This document shows positions 61,600 to 64,000 of a stretch of DNA of 64,000 nucleotides, piece by piece. Origin of the DNA: the human T2T-CHM13v2.0 reference genome, Homo sapiens; the NCBI RefSeq assembly GCF_009914755.1, contig NC_060933.1; one strand, given 5' to 3'. How positions within the stretch are numbered: the first letter of the stretch is position 1; each line of letters begins with the position of its first letter. Below the pieces are notes generated by a model that saw only the letters and a list, made by a program, of their open reading frames with translations, did no database searches and was not told where the DNA came from. Position numbers and translations under genes: made by a program.

Positions 61600-62985
61600 C
61601 CTCCAATTCACCCAAAGCAATGATATTCTTTGGAACAATTCAGAGATGATGTACTTTGTTTTCTGAATCTGTCTAAATATGGAACATCCCAAGGAAATAC
61701 ATTGAAATTGACCTTAAAGCTACTTTTTGACATCTGATGGCGATGCCAACTAAATGTTACTAAAATGTTTAGATTAAATTTAGAAAAGATATACTACAAC
61801 AATTATGTGATATAACAACAGTTCCACAAAGAAAGAATTGATAATAGTCTTTGCAGAAGCTAACTTTGAATTTGTGTATCCATGGTCATTTAATGTGAAC
61901 TGTTGTTTGCTATTAATAATGTTTACAAAAGTTTTATTTCATAAAAACCCAGAAGTATCAAAGTAGAGTTACTTCATTTGATAAGTGATTTAAAAATATT
62001 TCAAAACATTTTAGAGAAAATAGTTTTACTACCTAGAAAGAAACTAGGAAGCCACACAAAAGCTTTCCAATAAATGTCATGCACTCTATAATGGGAAAGA
62101 TTTACATGTATGTGATCCTGAATACACTTTCTGTAGACATTATCTTCTGCCCACCGTAGATCAGGCAGTAGTCTTTATTGAAAGAAGATTTTAACAAATT
62201 GAGCAACATCCTGCTGTGTTTGGTTTTCTTTATAACTCAGCATTGAAAAAATTGAAAAAACAACAACTAAATTCTTTATGGATTTACATATTACTTTGAA
62301 AGAGGGCAGAAGTTGAATGAGATGGCGATTGGAATGGTTAAATTAAAATATTGTTACATTTTGTATAGCCAATATAGTTTATCATTTATGATTATGTTAT
62401 ATTTGAACATAAAATAATACATAAAGTGGCCATCTCTGAATTTATTTTACTGTAATAATTTTGACAGTTCCAGTAGTTACTGCCTCAACATAAAGAAGTT
62501 TGTCAAAATTGAAAATAATGAAAATAATCTAACAACTATGATGATTCAAAAAAGATTATCTAATTTAGCATTACTGTCAATATAAGGAAATTTATGGGAA
62601 AACCTTAACTATAATAACTTAAGTATTTTATAAAAATGAAGACAAGAAATATTGTATTTTATGAAGTAAACATATTTATGAGTTATATATGTGTTTATGA
62701 CTCATCTATACATTACTGGCCTGTCAAAAGAACTGCTGACATACACAGTAATAATGAATATCAGTCATCTTTGATGTCTTGCTGACTAGCAATCAAAAAA
62801 AATCCCATAGCTGCACTCCTTTTTTCAATTTTGTTGTCATAGAGGTATATTTGTCAAGATGGGAAGGTAGACTATTTTATTTAATGGTTTATTAGCTTGG
62901 CTTATAACTTTTAGACTATTTAGGTTTGTGGTGTGAGGGCCCCTGTGTGTTCTGTTTTTGCTGCTCTTGCAGATGCCAAGGCCAA
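61600..62985 (+). mobile_element. Zaphod/MER115-like hAT-Tip100 DNA transposon fossil with a degenerate transposase C-terminus
   Basis: 62461 onward reads LTVPVVTAST*RSLSKLKIM, and after a frameshift QKRLSNLALLSI, matching the hAT dimerisation motif. 62840-62985 resembles the Zaphod/MER115 3' terminus. Confidence 0.65.
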
Positions 62986-64000
62986 CTTGTAGGGAAAGAC
63001 TCTGGGAGTGACCTTAAAGGCAGGGGGACCAGCTCCTGCTGTCCTCACGGAGAACTCTGATTCACTGCCTTTCATGTGAGACAGCTGCTACAAGAATGAA
63101 AGAGACACCACATGTCACTTTTGTCAACTCACCAAATGTTGGAATTTTGGGTTGTCTTCTTTCCAACCAAGAGAGAGTCCATTACGAGAACTGAGTTAGA
63201 GCCTCAAACCTTCGTAAAGATTAGGAAAGATTCTGTGAAAAAATCTGTGATGAGTCCTCTTGTAAAACCACCACTCCTGGAAACATTTCCAAATTCATTT
63301 TTAAATGTGTTTCCCCCACACATTCCATTGATTACTTGAACCAAGATATGTCTCTAATAAGAGAATCCTCAATGCAACTACATCCAATAATAACAATAAT
63401 AAAATTACTAGGCTTGTGCTAAGTGAAAAATTTAGGTCCAACTTTTGTTGTTCGTTGTCAAAACTGCTCATATACACCCCCACCTGTGGGTGTGTACTGT
63501 TTTGGACAAAGAGTTTGCCTTTAATCTGAGATTGGAATAAGCATGAAGCGTTGTGGTATAGTATTTCATAATAAGCAATTTTCAGGTAAGGCTGGAAGGA
63601 GAAATTCTGCCAGGTTATAGCTGTTGATCAGGCAGCTTTCACCACAATTCTTTTGCACTTGCAGTAGATGCCTCTGAAAGAAACACAGATGAAAGATTAT
63701 TGACAGGAGAATAACTTAGCATAGGCATGAGGGGAGAAAACACCACACAGTTTAGGAGGTTGGCAGCAGCATCAAGCTCCCTCTGACAGGTAAGGCCCTA
63801 AAGCCAAGGCAGTGGAGCCAGCATAAGCCAGCCCTTACATAACAGATTTGGGCACGCAGCAGTGACATACAACTCTTGCTCTCCTTTTTTTTTTTTTTTT
63901 TTCCTTTTCTTTCAAGATGACAAACATTTCATAATTCTCTTCCATTTTCCTTTAGTTTTTTTCTCCTCCCTTCTACCCTGTCCTCTTGGTGAATGCTGAC

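Overview
AT-rich, CpG-poor primate genomic DNA, most likely human given an AluYa5. It looks intronic or intergenic: I recognise no host protein-coding exon, RNA gene or non-repeat CpG island, and all long ORFs are LINE-1 remnants. Four primate L1 insertions have readable target-site duplications (TSDs): A, a 5'-truncated minus-strand L1PA3/4 (15356-17053); D, a 5'-inverted L1PA7-like element nested in an old L1M (18800-19515); B, a formerly full-length L1PA2/3 (25246-29536); and C, a 5'-inverted L1PA2-like element (44423-46512). There are also five Alus plus a free Alu monomer, a THE1 solo LTR, MLT1 LTRs, hAT and Tigger fossils (including a Zaphod-like transposase relic), MIR/L2 fragments and simple repeats. 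Two observations stand out. First, an AluYa5 without a TSD replaces about 2 kb of ORF2 in element B. Second, B shares a 182-bp perfectly identical tract and several non-consensus variants with the inverted neighbour A, and two variants with C, suggesting local L1-L1 gene conversion. I see no evidence of a new gene-encoded system. Subfamily names come from recalled consensus diagnostics and should be confirmed with RepeatMasker/Dfam; boundaries of old repeats are approximate.
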